Notes under the pieces: model-generated
What the model saw: only the letters and a program-made list of their open reading frames with translations
Database searches by the model: none
Told to the model about the DNA's origin: nothing
Shown here: one piece after another, positions 20,043 through 30,433 of the stretch
How the letters are laid out: each line of letters starts with the position of its first letter
Numbering within the stretch: position 1 is the stretch's first letter
Program-made: the position numbers and the translations under genes
NCBI GenBank assembly: GCA_037305845.1
Contig: CP147778.1
Coordinates: 3,008,001-3,072,000, forward strand
Reading direction: 5' to 3'
DNA from: Candidatus Freyarchaeum deiterrae
GTDB lineage: Archaea > Asgardarchaeota > Jordiarchaeia > Jordiarchaeales > Jordiarchaeaceae
DNA length: 64,000 nt

Positions 20043-21611
20043 GCGAAAATGAGTGTTATTGGTCAGATTGTTGCGGGTAGGGTTTCTTCTATTCTTGTTC
20101 GTGAGAAGAGCGGTGAAAAAATTGAGTTGGGTGACCTTCTGGTTGTTGATGAGAAGGACGGCTACCTTGTCCTGAAGGTTTTCGACCTCCTGTACGGCAG
20201 TCAGGTTCCTCAGGCTGCCCGAGAGCTTCTCGCTGGTATGGAGCTGGAGGGTCACGGCGGAACTGTGGATTTTCTGGAACCAGAGCTAAGGAGCTATGTC
20301 ATGGCTGAGGTCAAAGCCATTGCCAAGGTTACCGATAAAATGGAGTTACTGGTACCCAAAACTTTACCGGGCTTCTTTAAGAGTGTGAGACCGATTTCCG
20401 AAAGGGACTTGGGTTTTTTGACCAAGCCTCCCTGTCCGGTTTATCTGGGTAGGGTTCGGAGTGGTTCCAAGGTTTTGGATGTGGATGTTTTTCTTAACGG
20501 CTTGGATGTCTTCACTCACCACGTTTTGATTCCGGCTACTACTGGTAGGGGTAAGAGTAACCTTGTGAAGGTGATGCTGTGGAGTGTTGTGGGTGAGAAC
20601 AATTTCGGGGTTCTGGTTCTCGACCCTCATGACGAGTATTACGGTCGACACCCTAACTCTAAGGGATTGAAGGATCACCCCAACGCCAAGGGCAATATTT
20701 TCTATTTTTCCTCTAATCCAGTTCCCGGCACTAACACTCTGGTTGTTAACTTGAAGTCCATTAAACCCTCGCACTTTGAGGGCATTGTTGACTTCACGGA
20801 AGCTCAATGGGATGCCATTAAAGCTTATTACAACCTTTATCAGGAGAGCTGGATCGAAAGCATTGTGAGCGGAGCTGAATGTAAGGCTGTGGCTTCCATA
20901 ACAATGGATGTACTTCAAAGGAAGTTCAATAATATACTTGGAGTTTACATGGACACTTCAGGAGTCCTGCAGTGTAGAAGCCGAGTGTTTAGCGACACCG
21001 CTGGAGAATCCACCATAAGAGAAATAATCCGGCTGCTTGAGGATGGAAGGGTAGTAATTCTCGACACCTCGCGTTTGCTCGATCAGGCTGAACTTCTTTT
21101 GGGAAGCATAGTGGTTGAGGGAATATTCAACAGATACCAGAGCTACAAATCTACGGGCGAACTTGACAATAAGCCGGTGGTAACCCTGGTAATTGAGGAG
21201 GCTCCACGCGTATTAGGAACCGAAGTGTTAGCCTCCATGGGCGAAAACATTTACGCCACCGTGGCTAGAGAAGGAAGGAAATTCAAAGTCGGCCTCATCG
21301 CCATCACCCAATTGACCAGCCTTATCCCCCGAACCATTCTTGCCAACATGAACACAAAGATTATCATGGGTAACGAGATGGCTACCGAGCGGAGAGCCAT
21401 TATTGAAAGCGCAGCTCAAGACCTCTCGGATGAGAATAGAACAATAGGGAGCCTCGACAAGGGTGAAGCGATTATAAGCAGCAACTTCACAAAATTCGCA
21501 ATCCCCATACACGTCCCCCTCTTTGAAGAATACATAAAAAATTCTGAAAGCAAGACCGGAACTGGAGCTAAAAAGAAGAAATCCGGAGATTCAACGGTTT
21601 TCATCGGTTAG
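20040..21611 (+). CDS. herA: HerA helicase/translocase
   Basis: N-terminal HAS barrel, Walker [16 protein letters not shown], Walker B VIEEA, REGRKF. Confidence 0.93.
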   Translation: MAKMSVIGQIVAGRVSSILVREKSGEKIELGDLLVVDEKDGYLVLKVFDLLYGSQVPQAARELLAGMELEGHGGTVDFLEPELRSYVMAEVKAIAKVTDKMELLVPKTLPGFFKSVRPISERDLGFLTKPPCPVYLGRVRSGSKVLDVDVFLNGLDVFTHHVLIPATTGRGKSNLVKVMLWSVVGENNFGVLVLDPHDEYYGRHPNSKGLKDHPNAKGNIFYFSSNPVPGTNTLVVNLKSIKPSHFEGIVDFTEAQWDAIKAYYNLYQESWIESIVSGAECKAVASITMDVLQRKFNNILGVYMDTSGVLQCRSRVFSDTAGESTIREIIRLLEDGRVVILDTSRLLDQAELLLGSIVVEGIFNRYQSYKSTGELDNKPVVTLVIEEAPRVLGTEVLASMGENIYATVAREGRKFKVGLIAITQLTSLIPRTILANMNTKIIMGNEMATERRAIIESAAQDLSDENRTIGSLDKGEAIISSNFTKFAIPIHVPLFEEYIKNSESKTGTGAKKKKSGDSTVFIG

Positions 21612-21627
21612 ATTAGGGTGAATTGCT

Positions 21628-22881
21628 TTGAAGTTTGCTCACATATCGGACTGCCACCTCGGCTTCAATAGGGATCCCTTCCTCAAGACTCTCGAAATGG
21701 AAGCCTTCAACTATGCCCTAGACGAGTGCGTGAAGCGAAAGGTTGATTTCATCATCATAACTGGAGACCTCTTCCACTCCAACATTCCGGACCTAGCGGT
21801 GGTAAACTCCGCGGTTAAAAAAATGAATGAGGTAGTCAGTCAAGACATACCCATCTACGTCATATACGGCAGCCACGACTACAGCCCTAACGAAACATCC
21901 ATAGTGGACATCCTCAGCAGCGCGAACCTATTCACAAAAGTGGTTCACGGAGAAGTGATAGACGAAAAGCTGAAACTAGACTTTTTCACAGACCCCAAAA
22001 CAGGAGTAAAAATAGCAGGCATATCCGCCCGCAGACTGGGTCTAGAAAAGAAGTATTTCGAAATGCTTGACCGAGAAAGCCTAGAAAAAGAAACCGGATT
22101 CAAAATATTCGCCTTTCACACCGGAATAACTGAACTCAAACCCAAGCACCTGGCCCAAATAGAGTCAACTCCCCTTTCCTATCTCCCTAAAGGATTCAAC
22201 TACTATGCTGGGGGACACATCCACCAGCACACCGAGCAGAAAATGAAAGATTACGGAGTGATAGCCTACCCCGGCACGATCTTTGCCGGGTATCCCAGAG
22301 ACTTGGAAGACAACGCTAGAGGCGAAAAAAGAGGATTCCTCATAGTCTCTTTCGATAGCAAGATTGAGAACATAGAATTCGTGGAGATTCCCGGACCAGA
22401 GTATGCTCTTATCGAGTATGATGCCACTGGAAAGAACTCGACAAAAGTACTTGAGGAGCTCACAAAAAAAGTTAGTGAAGCTCCAGTCGAGAAAAGAATA
22501 GTCCTCCTGAAAGTCAGCGGAGAACTGTCTGGAGGAAACATATCAGACATTGACTTCATAAAGATGAGAAATACCCTCCTGGAGAGGGGCGCAAGCTATG
22601 TCAACATCAATCGTCACAGTTTAACCACCAAAGAATACGAAACAATACACGCCATGGGAGAGGACATAGGAGAAGTGGAGAGAACACTCTTCAAGGAAAA
22701 CATTGGAGCCGTAAAAGTATCTGTTGAATCCCTAAAAGGAGAGGACGGAGCAAATCTTGCCGCAGGGCTCTTAACACTCCTGAGACAGAACCAGAAAGCT
22801 GGAGAAACCAAGAAGGACTACGAGAACAGGCTGATGAAACAGGCAATCGATCTTCTAAAGTTGGAGGGAGCTTTCAAGTGA
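21628..22881 (+). CDS. mre11: Mre11 nuclease
   Basis: HISDCHLG, GDLFH, GSHD, GHIH, YPG phosphoesterase motifs. Confidence 0.93.
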   Translation: MKFAHISDCHLGFNRDPFLKTLEMEAFNYALDECVKRKVDFIIITGDLFHSNIPDLAVVNSAVKKMNEVVSQDIPIYVIYGSHDYSPNETSIVDILSSANLFTKVVHGEVIDEKLKLDFFTDPKTGVKIAGISARRLGLEKKYFEMLDRESLEKETGFKIFAFHTGITELKPKHLAQIESTPLSYLPKGFNYYAGGHIHQHTEQKMKDYGVIAYPGTIFAGYPRDLEDNARGEKRGFLIVSFDSKIENIEFVEIPGPEYALIEYDATGKNSTKVLEELTKKVSEAPVEKRIVLLKVSGELSGGNISDIDFIKMRNTLLERGASYVNINRHSLTTKEYETIHAMGEDIGEVERTLFKENIGAVKVSVESLKGEDGANLAAGLLTLLRQNQKAGETKKDYENRLMKQAIDLLKLEGAFK

Positions 22882-24908
22882 GAGCGAAATCACTAAGACT
22901 CGTAAACATACGCAGCTATAAAGATGAGAGCATAGAATTCCCATCAGGAACCACCCTTTTCGAGGGAGACATAGGCTCCGGCAAGTCAACCATACTGCTC
23001 GCCATAGAATTCGCCCTGTTCGGCCTGGGAGACCAGAAAGGGGCTTCTCTCCTAAGACTGGGAGCCAAAGAAGGCTACGTAACCTTCACCTTCGAAATGA
23101 ACGGAGACGATTACGAAGTCCAACGCAAGCTAGCAAGAAAAGGAAATACCATTCAACAGAAAGAGGGTTACATAACTATTGGCGGAAAAAGAACTGATTA
23201 CTCACCCACTGAATTAAAAGAAAAAATTCTGGAGATACTAAAATTTAATGAGCCATCCAACCCTAATGCTCAAAGCGTAATTTACAGATACGCCATTTTC
23301 ACACCGCAGGAAGAAATGAAATCTATCCTCTGGGCTAAGCCTCAGGAAAGACTACAAACAATGAGGAAAGCTTTCGGAATAGAGGACTACAAAACCGCTG
23401 CAGAAAACGCCAAAACTCTCACAGGCAATATCAAAGACAGAAGCAAATTTCTGGAAGGAAAAATAGAGGACTTGGAACAGAAGAAAAAAGAACTCGAAAC
23501 CAAAACAGACGAAATAAAAAAAGCCGAAGAAGAACTCAAAAAACTAGCCAAAGATAAGGAAAAACTGGACTCCGAGATAAAGCAGCAAGAAAACGAAATG
23601 GAAAACCTAAGAGAACAAGAAAAAGAACTCAGCAGCATCCAAGCACTCATCCCAAAACTCAAAGAAGACATAAAAGAAGGAACAAAGAGAAAAAGCACCC
23701 TGCTATCCGAAAACACTAAATACAAGAAAGAAATAGAAGAACAACTCCAACCTCAAATAGAAGGACTGAACAAACTCGAAAAGCCAACCGACAAGAAAGA
23801 AGAAGAACTAGAAAAAGAAACCGAAGACACGAGAAACGAGGAGCGGGAACTATTACAAACAGTCAACACCCTCAACACTAAAATCGAAGAATACCAGCAG
23901 ATAATCGACAACAAAATCTGCCCCACCTGCGACAGAGAAGTCGACCCCCAAGAATTCGGAGAAAAACTCAACAACAAAAAAACAGAAAGAGACCAAGCCG
24001 AAGAAAAACGCAAAAAACTAGCCGAAGCCCTTGAAAACACACAAGCACTGCTAAAGAGCCTAAGAAACTATAATAAGAGCCAAGAAAACCTTAACCAACT
24101 CACTCAAAACCTGGAGGACAAAAAGGAAAGACTCACCAAAAATTTGGAAGAAATACTAGAACTCACAAACCAAGTCGAGAAAACTGATACCGAACTGAGA
24201 AAACACCAGAAAAAACTTGAGGAACTAAAAGACATTTCCGAAAAGATTAAACAATCCAAAACAGCTCTAGAGGCTCTCAAACAGAAACACGAAGAAGCAG
24301 CCAATGAACTATCCAAAGCCGAGAAACAAATCGAAATCTACAAAGAAGAAAAGAAACAAATCGAGAAAGAAATCAAAGAAAAAGAAAAACAGGCAAAAAC
24401 AAAACAACTGCTAGACGAACACCGCATCTGGCTCCAAGACTACTTCACACCCACACTAGAAAGCATAGAGAAACACGTAATGAGAAACATAAACCAGGAA
24501 TTCAACACCCAGCTCCAGAAATGGTTCAACATCCTGGTGGACGACCCCAGCAAAAGCGTCAGAGTAGACGAAGAATTCACACCCATAATAGAACAGGACG
24601 GCTACGAGCAAAACGTAAACTACATGAGCGGAGGAGAAAAAACCAGCCTCGCCCTAGTATACAGACTAGCATTAAACACCATAGTCCTAAAAGTATCCAC
24701 CACAATGAAATCCAACATCCTAATACTCGACGAACCAACAGATGGATTTAGCAAAGAACAACTCTTCAAAATTCGGGAAATCTTAAACGAGCTACAGGAC
24801 GCGCAAGTAATTCTGGTCTCACATGAGAGAGAACTAGAAAGCTTCGCGGACCAAGTCTACAAAGTTGAAAAAAGAAACGGCGTCTCAAAAGTAGAACCCT
24901 CAACATAG
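22878..24908 (+). CDS. rad50: Rad50 ATPase (short coiled coil, 676 aa)
   Basis: GDIGSGKST, Q-loop, coiled coil with CPTC zinc hook, MSGGE, ILDEPT, VSHE. Confidence 0.95.
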   Translation: MRAKSLRLVNIRSYKDESIEFPSGTTLFEGDIGSGKSTILLAIEFALFGLGDQKGASLLRLGAKEGYVTFTFEMNGDDYEVQRKLARKGNTIQQKEGYITIGGKRTDYSPTELKEKILEILKFNEPSNPNAQSVIYRYAIFTPQEEMKSILWAKPQERLQTMRKAFGIEDYKTAAENAKTLTGNIKDRSKFLEGKIEDLEQKKKELETKTDEIKKAEEELKKLAKDKEKLDSEIKQQENEMENLREQEKELSSIQALIPKLKEDIKEGTKRKSTLLSENTKYKKEIEEQLQPQIEGLNKLEKPTDKKEEELEKETEDTRNEERELLQTVNTLNTKIEEYQQIIDNKICPTCDREVDPQEFGEKLNNKKTERDQAEEKRKKLAEALENTQALLKSLRNYNKSQENLNQLTQNLEDKKERLTKNLEEILELTNQVEKTDTELRKHQKKLEELKDISEKIKQSKTALEALKQKHEEAANELSKAEKQIEIYKEEKKQIEKEIKEKEKQAKTKQLLDEHRIWLQDYFTPTLESIEKHVMRNINQEFNTQLQKWFNILVDDPSKSVRVDEEFTPIIEQDGYEQNVNYMSGGEKTSLALVYRLALNTIVLKVSTTMKSNILILDEPTDGFSKEQLFKIREILNELQDAQVILVSHERELESFADQVYKVEKRNGVSKVEPST

Positions 24909-24928
24909 AAACAACCAGAAGAACACCA

Positions 24929-25109
24929 TCAGACACTACTCTGAAGCTCCACTTTTTTCAGCTCAGTGATGCGTTGACGCACCTACTTAACACGTTCCAC
25001 GTGCTGCGGTGACGCAAACTTGACGTAATTCTGGTAAGCTTCAACGGCTCCTTTAAAGTCCCCTAAAGCCTCAAGGGCGACCCCCAGGTTGCTGTGAACT
25101 TCGGCATAC
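24929..25109 (-). pseudogene. Truncated duplicate of the 3' end of the longin-wHTH-TPR gene
   Basis: Aligns to 30434-30614. CAG>TAG nonsense at the paralogue's Gln, then the same ...KKVELQSSV* end. Confidence 0.85.
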
Positions 25110-25116
25110 GGTTTTT

Positions 25117-25302
25117 CAACTACGTCTTCACCAAAAGCAGCCAAGGGCTGTAACACACCAGTACCTTCACTGCTTCCAAGCCTACAACTACAACAACATT
25201 CGGCCCCACTAATCCCTAAACCAAAACACACCATCTCATCACAAAACGATACCCATCCAAAGATTACAACAGGCACCTGAGAAGACAAAAACTTCAAGCT
25301 AA
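25117..25302 (+). mobile_element. DDE (rve-type) transposase C-terminal remnant
   Basis: Frame reads ...FQAYNYNNIRPH*SLNQNTP..., matching the YNxxRPHxSLxxxTP integrase-core end motif, with an internal stop. Confidence 0.55.
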
Positions 25303-25370
25303 CAATACCTAGTCCGTGCACGAAAAGTATTTATGCAACATTACCACTATATAAAAAAAGGGGTGCTAAT

Positions 25371-26213
25371 ATGAGTAAAATGCCAACTTCAGATCTCCTT
25401 TCCCAGTTTCTTGATCAAGGTGAGCAAATCCTTTTTTTCTCGGATAATGCTCAGGTTAGAGAACTTGCTATTGGAGGAAGACCTCTACACGCGAGGGCTC
25501 ATAGTGCTAATGAGCCGGATGCTGGTGATGAACCGCTAAACTGGTCTGGAAAACTTGCTATAACTGACTGGCGAATCTATCTAGTAGGGGGGACGATAAG
25601 AGGGCCAGGGAAAATCGCGTTTGAAGTGATGCTCAACTTCGCCTATGCCAAACAGCGTATAGAAAGCCTAAAGGCAAAATGGGAAGAGGCGTATCAGCAC
25701 AAGTCCCGTTTGGGTATACCTAAATTTGAAAAGGATCCTAAATATTTATATCCTCATAACATGCCGGCAATTCTAACATACGTTAACTTACAAAATGCCT
25801 CAATCGGTGGAGAATTTGGCTTACTCGGTGGAGAATACTTGCTTCTCAATATCCACTCTATACCCGTAGGCAAAGGAGCGCGAAGTATAGGGGTCCCTAA
25901 GGTTATATACGTAGGCAAAGGAGCGCGAAGTATAGCGGACAGTACGATTGGAAAGCGTTTTGACATAAATGAAATTACATGGGGGATACGGATTAAAGAG
26001 CCACTGAACATGACGAAAAAGGCTGAGGCAGATACCGCGGGTTTGGGTATGGTCGGCGGCTCAGCAGGGCCACCTGTGGTAGGGGCCGCTAAAACAATGG
26101 GGCACTCCAAGAGCAAATCCAACATCAATTATGAGCCGATTTTGCAAATACTGCAAATAAAGGCGGAAGAAATATCAAGACAGGTTAAGGAACTTGAGGA
26201 TTCTGCCGCTTGA
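25371..26213 (+). CDS. Hypothetical protein, possible PH/GRAM-like N-domain
   Basis: LDQGEQILF...GKLAITDWRIYL pattern; internal 26-bp duplication (VGKGARSI x2). Confidence 0.6.
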   Translation: MSKMPTSDLLSQFLDQGEQILFFSDNAQVRELAIGGRPLHARAHSANEPDAGDEPLNWSGKLAITDWRIYLVGGTIRGPGKIAFEVMLNFAYAKQRIESLKAKWEEAYQHKSRLGIPKFEKDPKYLYPHNMPAILTYVNLQNASIGGEFGLLGGEYLLLNIHSIPVGKGARSIGVPKVIYVGKGARSIADSTIGKRFDINEITWGIRIKEPLNMTKKAEADTAGLGMVGGSAGPPVVGAAKTMGHSKSKSNINYEPILQILQIKAEEISRQVKELEDSAA

Positions 26214-26364
26214 GCGCCGATTGCGCGCTCCTTGGATTATGCAACTAGTCCACTGATTTGTTTCTTTTCATTTCTTACAAAATAATATCAGGTTATTATA
26301 CTGGAAAGTGTGCCAAAGACTCTGACACTTACCTAATCATTTGGTAGTTTGAGGAAGTGGAAAT

Positions 26365-27894
26365 ATGGTAAAGCCGAATGTGGAAGACAAAGATAAAGAA
26401 AAAGATAACGATGACATAAAAGACTTAATACAGACACTAAATGATAAAGATGAAAATGTTCGAAGGACAGGAGTGAGGGCTCTCGTGGTGATAGGGAATA
26501 GGGCGGTGGAACCACTGATTCAAGCACTAAAGAATAAAAACCCTTTTATTCGGCGGTATGCAGCAGAGGCGCTTGTAGAGATAAGGGACGCCAGGGCGGT
26601 GGAACCACTAGCACAATTACTGAGTGATAAAGAAAAAGATATTCGATGGTACGCATTGAAGGCCCTTGTAGAGATGGGTGATGCTAGGGCGGTAGAGCCA
26701 CTAGTCCAAGCATTGAGTGATAATGATGCAAATGTTCGAAGTTACGCAACATGGGCTCTTGGAAAGATGGGGGACTCAAGGGCGGTAGAGCCACTAGTCC
26801 AAGCATTGAGTGATAATGATGCAAATGTTCGAAGGTATGCAGCGGAGGCTCTTGGAAAGATGGGGGACTCAAGGGCGGTAGAGCCTCTAGTCCAAGCATT
26901 GAGTGATAATGATGCAAATGTTCGAAGTTACGCAACATGGGCTCTTGGAAAGATGGGGGACTCAAGGGCGGTGGAACCACTAACACAGACATTAAAGGAT
27001 GACCATTTTTTTATTCGACAGCGTGCAGCGGAGGCTCTGGGAGAAATAGGTGATGCCAGGGCGGTGGAACCACTAACAAAAGCACTGGGTGATAAAGATG
27101 AAAATGTTCGACGGTACGCAACGGAAGCTCTTGGAAAGATAAGGCACGCCAGGGCAATGGATTTACAGACCCAAGCATTTAATGATAAAGATATTCATTT
27201 GGGTGCGGCGGAGGCTCTGGGAGAGATAGGTGATGCCAGGGCGCTAGAACCATTAATACAAGAACTAAGTGATAAAGATAAAGATAAAGATGTTCGGCGA
27301 AGTGCAGCGAAAGCTCTTGGAGAGGCACGTGATGTCAGGGCGGTAGAGCCACTAATCCAAGCACTAAGTGATAAAGATATTCATTGGGAGGCAGCGAAAG
27401 CTCTTGGAAAGATACGTGATGTCAGGGCTGTAGAGCCACTAATCCAAGCACTAAGTGATAAAGATAAAGAAATTCATTTGGGTGCAGCAGAGGCTCTGGG
27501 AGAGATAGGGGACAAAAGAGCATTAGAGCCACTAGTCCAAGCACTGAGTGATAAAGATGAAAATGTTAGACGGTACGCAATATCGGCTCTGGGAAAGATG
27601 AGGGACTCAAGGGCGGTGGAACCACTAATACAGACATTAAAGGATAAAAACTCTTTTATTCGGCGGTGTGCAGCGGAGGCTCTTGGAGAGACAGAGGACG
27701 CCAGGGCAGTAGAACCACTAGCACAAGCACTAAGGGATAAAGATGAAGATGTTCGGCGACACGCAGCGAAAGCTCTTGGAAAGATAGGTGATACAAGGGC
27801 GGTGGAACCACTAACAAAAGCACTGGGTGATAAAGATGAAAATGTTCAGCGGTGTGCGGCGGAGGCTTTGGGGAAGATGGAGAAAAGGGAGTAG
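26365..27894 (+). CDS. HEAT-like repeat protein (about 15 repeats)
   Basis: 31-aa repeats; near-identical 93-bp DNA units at about 26680-26975; same GAGGAAGTGGAAAT leader as the 16475 and 18116 genes. Confidence 0.95.
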   Translation: MVKPNVEDKDKEKDNDDIKDLIQTLNDKDENVRRTGVRALVVIGNRAVEPLIQALKNKNPFIRRYAAEALVEIRDARAVEPLAQLLSDKEKDIRWYALKALVEMGDARAVEPLVQALSDNDANVRSYATWALGKMGDSRAVEPLVQALSDNDANVRRYAAEALGKMGDSRAVEPLVQALSDNDANVRSYATWALGKMGDSRAVEPLTQTLKDDHFFIRQRAAEALGEIGDARAVEPLTKALGDKDENVRRYATEALGKIRHARAMDLQTQAFNDKDIHLGAAEALGEIGDARALEPLIQELSDKDKDKDVRRSAAKALGEARDVRAVEPLIQALSDKDIHWEAAKALGKIRDVRAVEPLIQALSDKDKEIHLGAAEALGEIGDKRALEPLVQALSDKDENVRRYAISALGKMRDSRAVEPLIQTLKDKNSFIRRCAAEALGETEDARAVEPLAQALRDKDEDVRRHAAKALGKIGDTRAVEPLTKALGDKDENVQRCAAEALGKMEKRE

Positions 27895-28021
27895 AATTAC
27901 TGAATCGAAACATGGAAGTGAAGCCCGAAATTAAAAATACATCTAAACCAAAATTTTACTTTGTTTTAGTACATTCAAGTGGCAAAGCTGCCCAGTTGAA
28001 TCCAACGGGGAAAAGCAAAAA

Positions 28022-28273
28022 CCATTCAAGTTCACAAAGGATGAGGTCGAGCTTCTAGCAAAAATGGAACACTCTCGATGGACCGCCGACCACTTCTTAA
28101 AGGGTTGGACTTACGGTAAAAGGAGTGCAGAACTAAGAACCAGTCCCTATTTGGTTGAATGGGAAAGACTAACCGATGACATAAAGGAGTCTTACCGACG
28201 AGGGGTACGTGACATCCCCGACCTATTGACGATAATTAACCTAGAGATTCAAAGAAATTCTCAAACTGGCTGA
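28022..28273 (+). pseudogene. RyR (ryanodine-receptor repeat) domain fragment
   Basis: PFKFTKDEVELLAKMEHSRW...GWTYG...SPYLVEWERL...IP. Homology begins upstream of the first Met, with no start codon before the in-frame TAA at 27944. Confidence 0.75.
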
Positions 28274-28465
28274 CCGCAATCTGTTTTTCCAAATTGTGAA
28301 TATTTTGAAGCAGGCAGATGTTTTTAAACAGAAATAGGAAAAGAAGAAGGAGAGGAAGAGACGAAAGCTTCAAGAACTCTTCAGCAGTAAGTTTGGAAAC
28401 TCAACAGAAGAAAAAAACCACAAAATCCACCGTAAAAACTCTAAACCACACCAGCAAAAAAAGAA

Positions 28466-30307
28466 TTGGAGACAGTGAACTCAATGGGTAAAATAAAAGT
28501 CGGCGTCCTCATAGGAGGACGATTTGAGGTACGCCGCATTCTCGGCGGCGAGGGCAAAAGCGGAATGGGGGCACTCTACGCCTGCATAGACCACAAATCT
28601 GGAGCAGTTGTAGCCCTGAAAACCTTCCAAGATAGGTACCTCAAAGACCAGGAGGCGAGGGAAGACTTCAAACGCGAAGCACTAGCCTGGACGCAACTCG
28701 AGAAGCACCCAAACATAGTACGGGCAATAGGTTTTGAGGAATTCGATAGCCGACCGTTCATCATCCTCGAGTTCATCGTCCCAGACGAGGAGGGAAGAAA
28801 CACCCTGGCCCAACACCTCCAAAAACCCATCCCCCTCCAACAAACGTTGAAGAGGGCCATACAGTTCTGCCGCGGGATGGAACACGCCGCAGCCCACGGC
28901 GTGACACCCCACAGAGACATAAATCCGAACAACATAATGATTACCAGAGACGGAACCCTTAAGATCACAGACTTCGGACTAGCAAAACTATGGGACCAGA
29001 AGAAACCCAAAAAAGGACATAAGATTCAGATTGATGAAGGACGGCCCGAACTTACCTTCATACAGGTCTCCGAAGAAAGGGTGTTGGCCGGCACACCCCC
29101 TTGGATGGCTCCCGAACAATTCGAAGGTAAAGCCGACACCAGAAGCGACATTTACAGCTTCGGAATAGTGCTCTTCCAGATGGTCAACAAAGGCAAACTA
29201 CCGTTCCAAGCCCAGACAGACGCAGATTACTACCAAGCCCACAAGACTAGGCCCGTACCCCAACTCAAAAGCAAACTGTTCCCGGTAATCGAACGATGCC
29301 TGCAGAAAAACCCGAAGGATCGCTACCAAAACTTCCAAGAACTGCGAAAAGACCTAGAAAAAATATACCAGCAGGAAACCAGAAGCCCTCCACCAAAACC
29401 ACCAAAAAAAACGAAACTAGAAGCATGGGAATATAACAACCAGGGACTATCATTCTATAATCTAGGGCTGCTCGACGAGGCGATAAGAGAATACAAGGAA
29501 GCTATAGGAATAAACCCTGACTATGCCGATGCCCACAACAACTTGGGAAACGCTCTAAAGGATAAAGGTCTGCTGGATGAGGCGATATCGGAATACACAG
29601 AAGCGCTAAAAATAAACCCTGACTATGCCGATACCCACAGCAATCTGGGTGTCGCCCTCAGGGGTAAAGGTATGCTGGATGAAGCGATACAGGAGTACAG
29701 AGAAGCACTACGAATAAAGCCCACCCTCACCGAAGCTCACAGCAACTTGGGTAATGCTCTAACGGAGCAGGGTCTGCTGGATGATGCGATACAGGAATAT
29801 AGAGAAGCGCTATCTATAAAGCCGGATCTAGCCAAGACTCACAGCGACTTGGGTAACGCACTTGTTGATAAAGGTTTGCTGGATGAAGCGATACAGGAGT
29901 ACAGAGAAGCACTACGAATAAACCCAGCCGATGCCGATGCTCACAGCAATCTGGGTGTCGCCCTTAAGAGTAAGGGTCAGCTCAACAAGGCAATAAGAGA
30001 ATACAGAGAAGCGATAAAGATAAAGCCCACCCTCGCCGAAGCCCACAGCAACCTGGGTAATGCTCTAAAGGATAAGGGCCTGCTGGATGAGGCGATAAAA
30101 GAATGGAAGGAGGCCATAAAAATAAACCCAGAATACGCCGAAGCCTACAACAATTTAGGAGTCGCCCTTGAAGCCTTAGGGGACTTTAAAGGAGCCATTG
30201 AAGCGTATCAGAAATTCATCAAAAACGCTCCACCGCAATACGCACAACAACACGTTAAGCGGGCACGCCAAGCCATCCGGGCATTGAAAAAGATGATAAA
30301 AGGATAA
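28466..30307 (+). CDS. Hanks-type Ser/Thr protein kinase with 8 TPRs
   Basis: GGEGKSGMG, VALK, HRDINPNN, DFG, GTPPWMAPE; 34-aa TPRs. Confidence 0.95.
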   Translation: METVNSMGKIKVGVLIGGRFEVRRILGGEGKSGMGALYACIDHKSGAVVALKTFQDRYLKDQEAREDFKREALAWTQLEKHPNIVRAIGFEEFDSRPFIILEFIVPDEEGRNTLAQHLQKPIPLQQTLKRAIQFCRGMEHAAAHGVTPHRDINPNNIMITRDGTLKITDFGLAKLWDQKKPKKGHKIQIDEGRPELTFIQVSEERVLAGTPPWMAPEQFEGKADTRSDIYSFGIVLFQMVNKGKLPFQAQTDADYYQAHKTRPVPQLKSKLFPVIERCLQKNPKDRYQNFQELRKDLEKIYQQETRSPPPKPPKKTKLEAWEYNNQGLSFYNLGLLDEAIREYKEAIGINPDYADAHNNLGNALKDKGLLDEAISEYTEALKINPDYADTHSNLGVALRGKGMLDEAIQEYREALRIKPTLTEAHSNLGNALTEQGLLDDAIQEYREALSIKPDLAKTHSDLGNALVDKGLLDEAIQEYREALRINPADADAHSNLGVALKSKGQLNKAIREYREAIKIKPTLAEAHSNLGNALKDKGLLDEAIKEWKEAIKINPEYAEAYNNLGVALEALGDFKGAIEAYQKFIKNAPPQYAQQHVKRARQAIRALKKMIKG

Positions 30308-30349
30308 AGGGCTTCAAGGATTTTTCTGGCAGTATGTTTTGGGGTCGAG

Positions 30350-30413
30350 GCAGACCAAATAATTCTAAGTAGAAAAAAGAAACGGTATCATAAAAATAGA
30401 ACTCTCAACATAG
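30350..30413 (+). pseudogene. Remnant copy of the rad50 3' end
   Basis: Reads ADQ..VEKRNGIIKIELST* vs rad50 ADQVYKVEKRNGVSKVEPST*; the downstream intergenic sequence is identical. Confidence 0.8.
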
Positions 30414-30433
30414 AAACAACCAGAAGAACACCA

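Noticed and set aside
24983-24985. In-frame TAG as possible pyrrolysine or readthrough
   Set aside because: It lies in a 5'-truncated duplicate. Nonsense decay is the simpler explanation, and other genes in the window end normally at TAG.
24983-25321. 112-aa minus-strand ORF as a real gene
   Set aside because: Chimera of a truncated TPR 3' end and the antisense of a transposase remnant.
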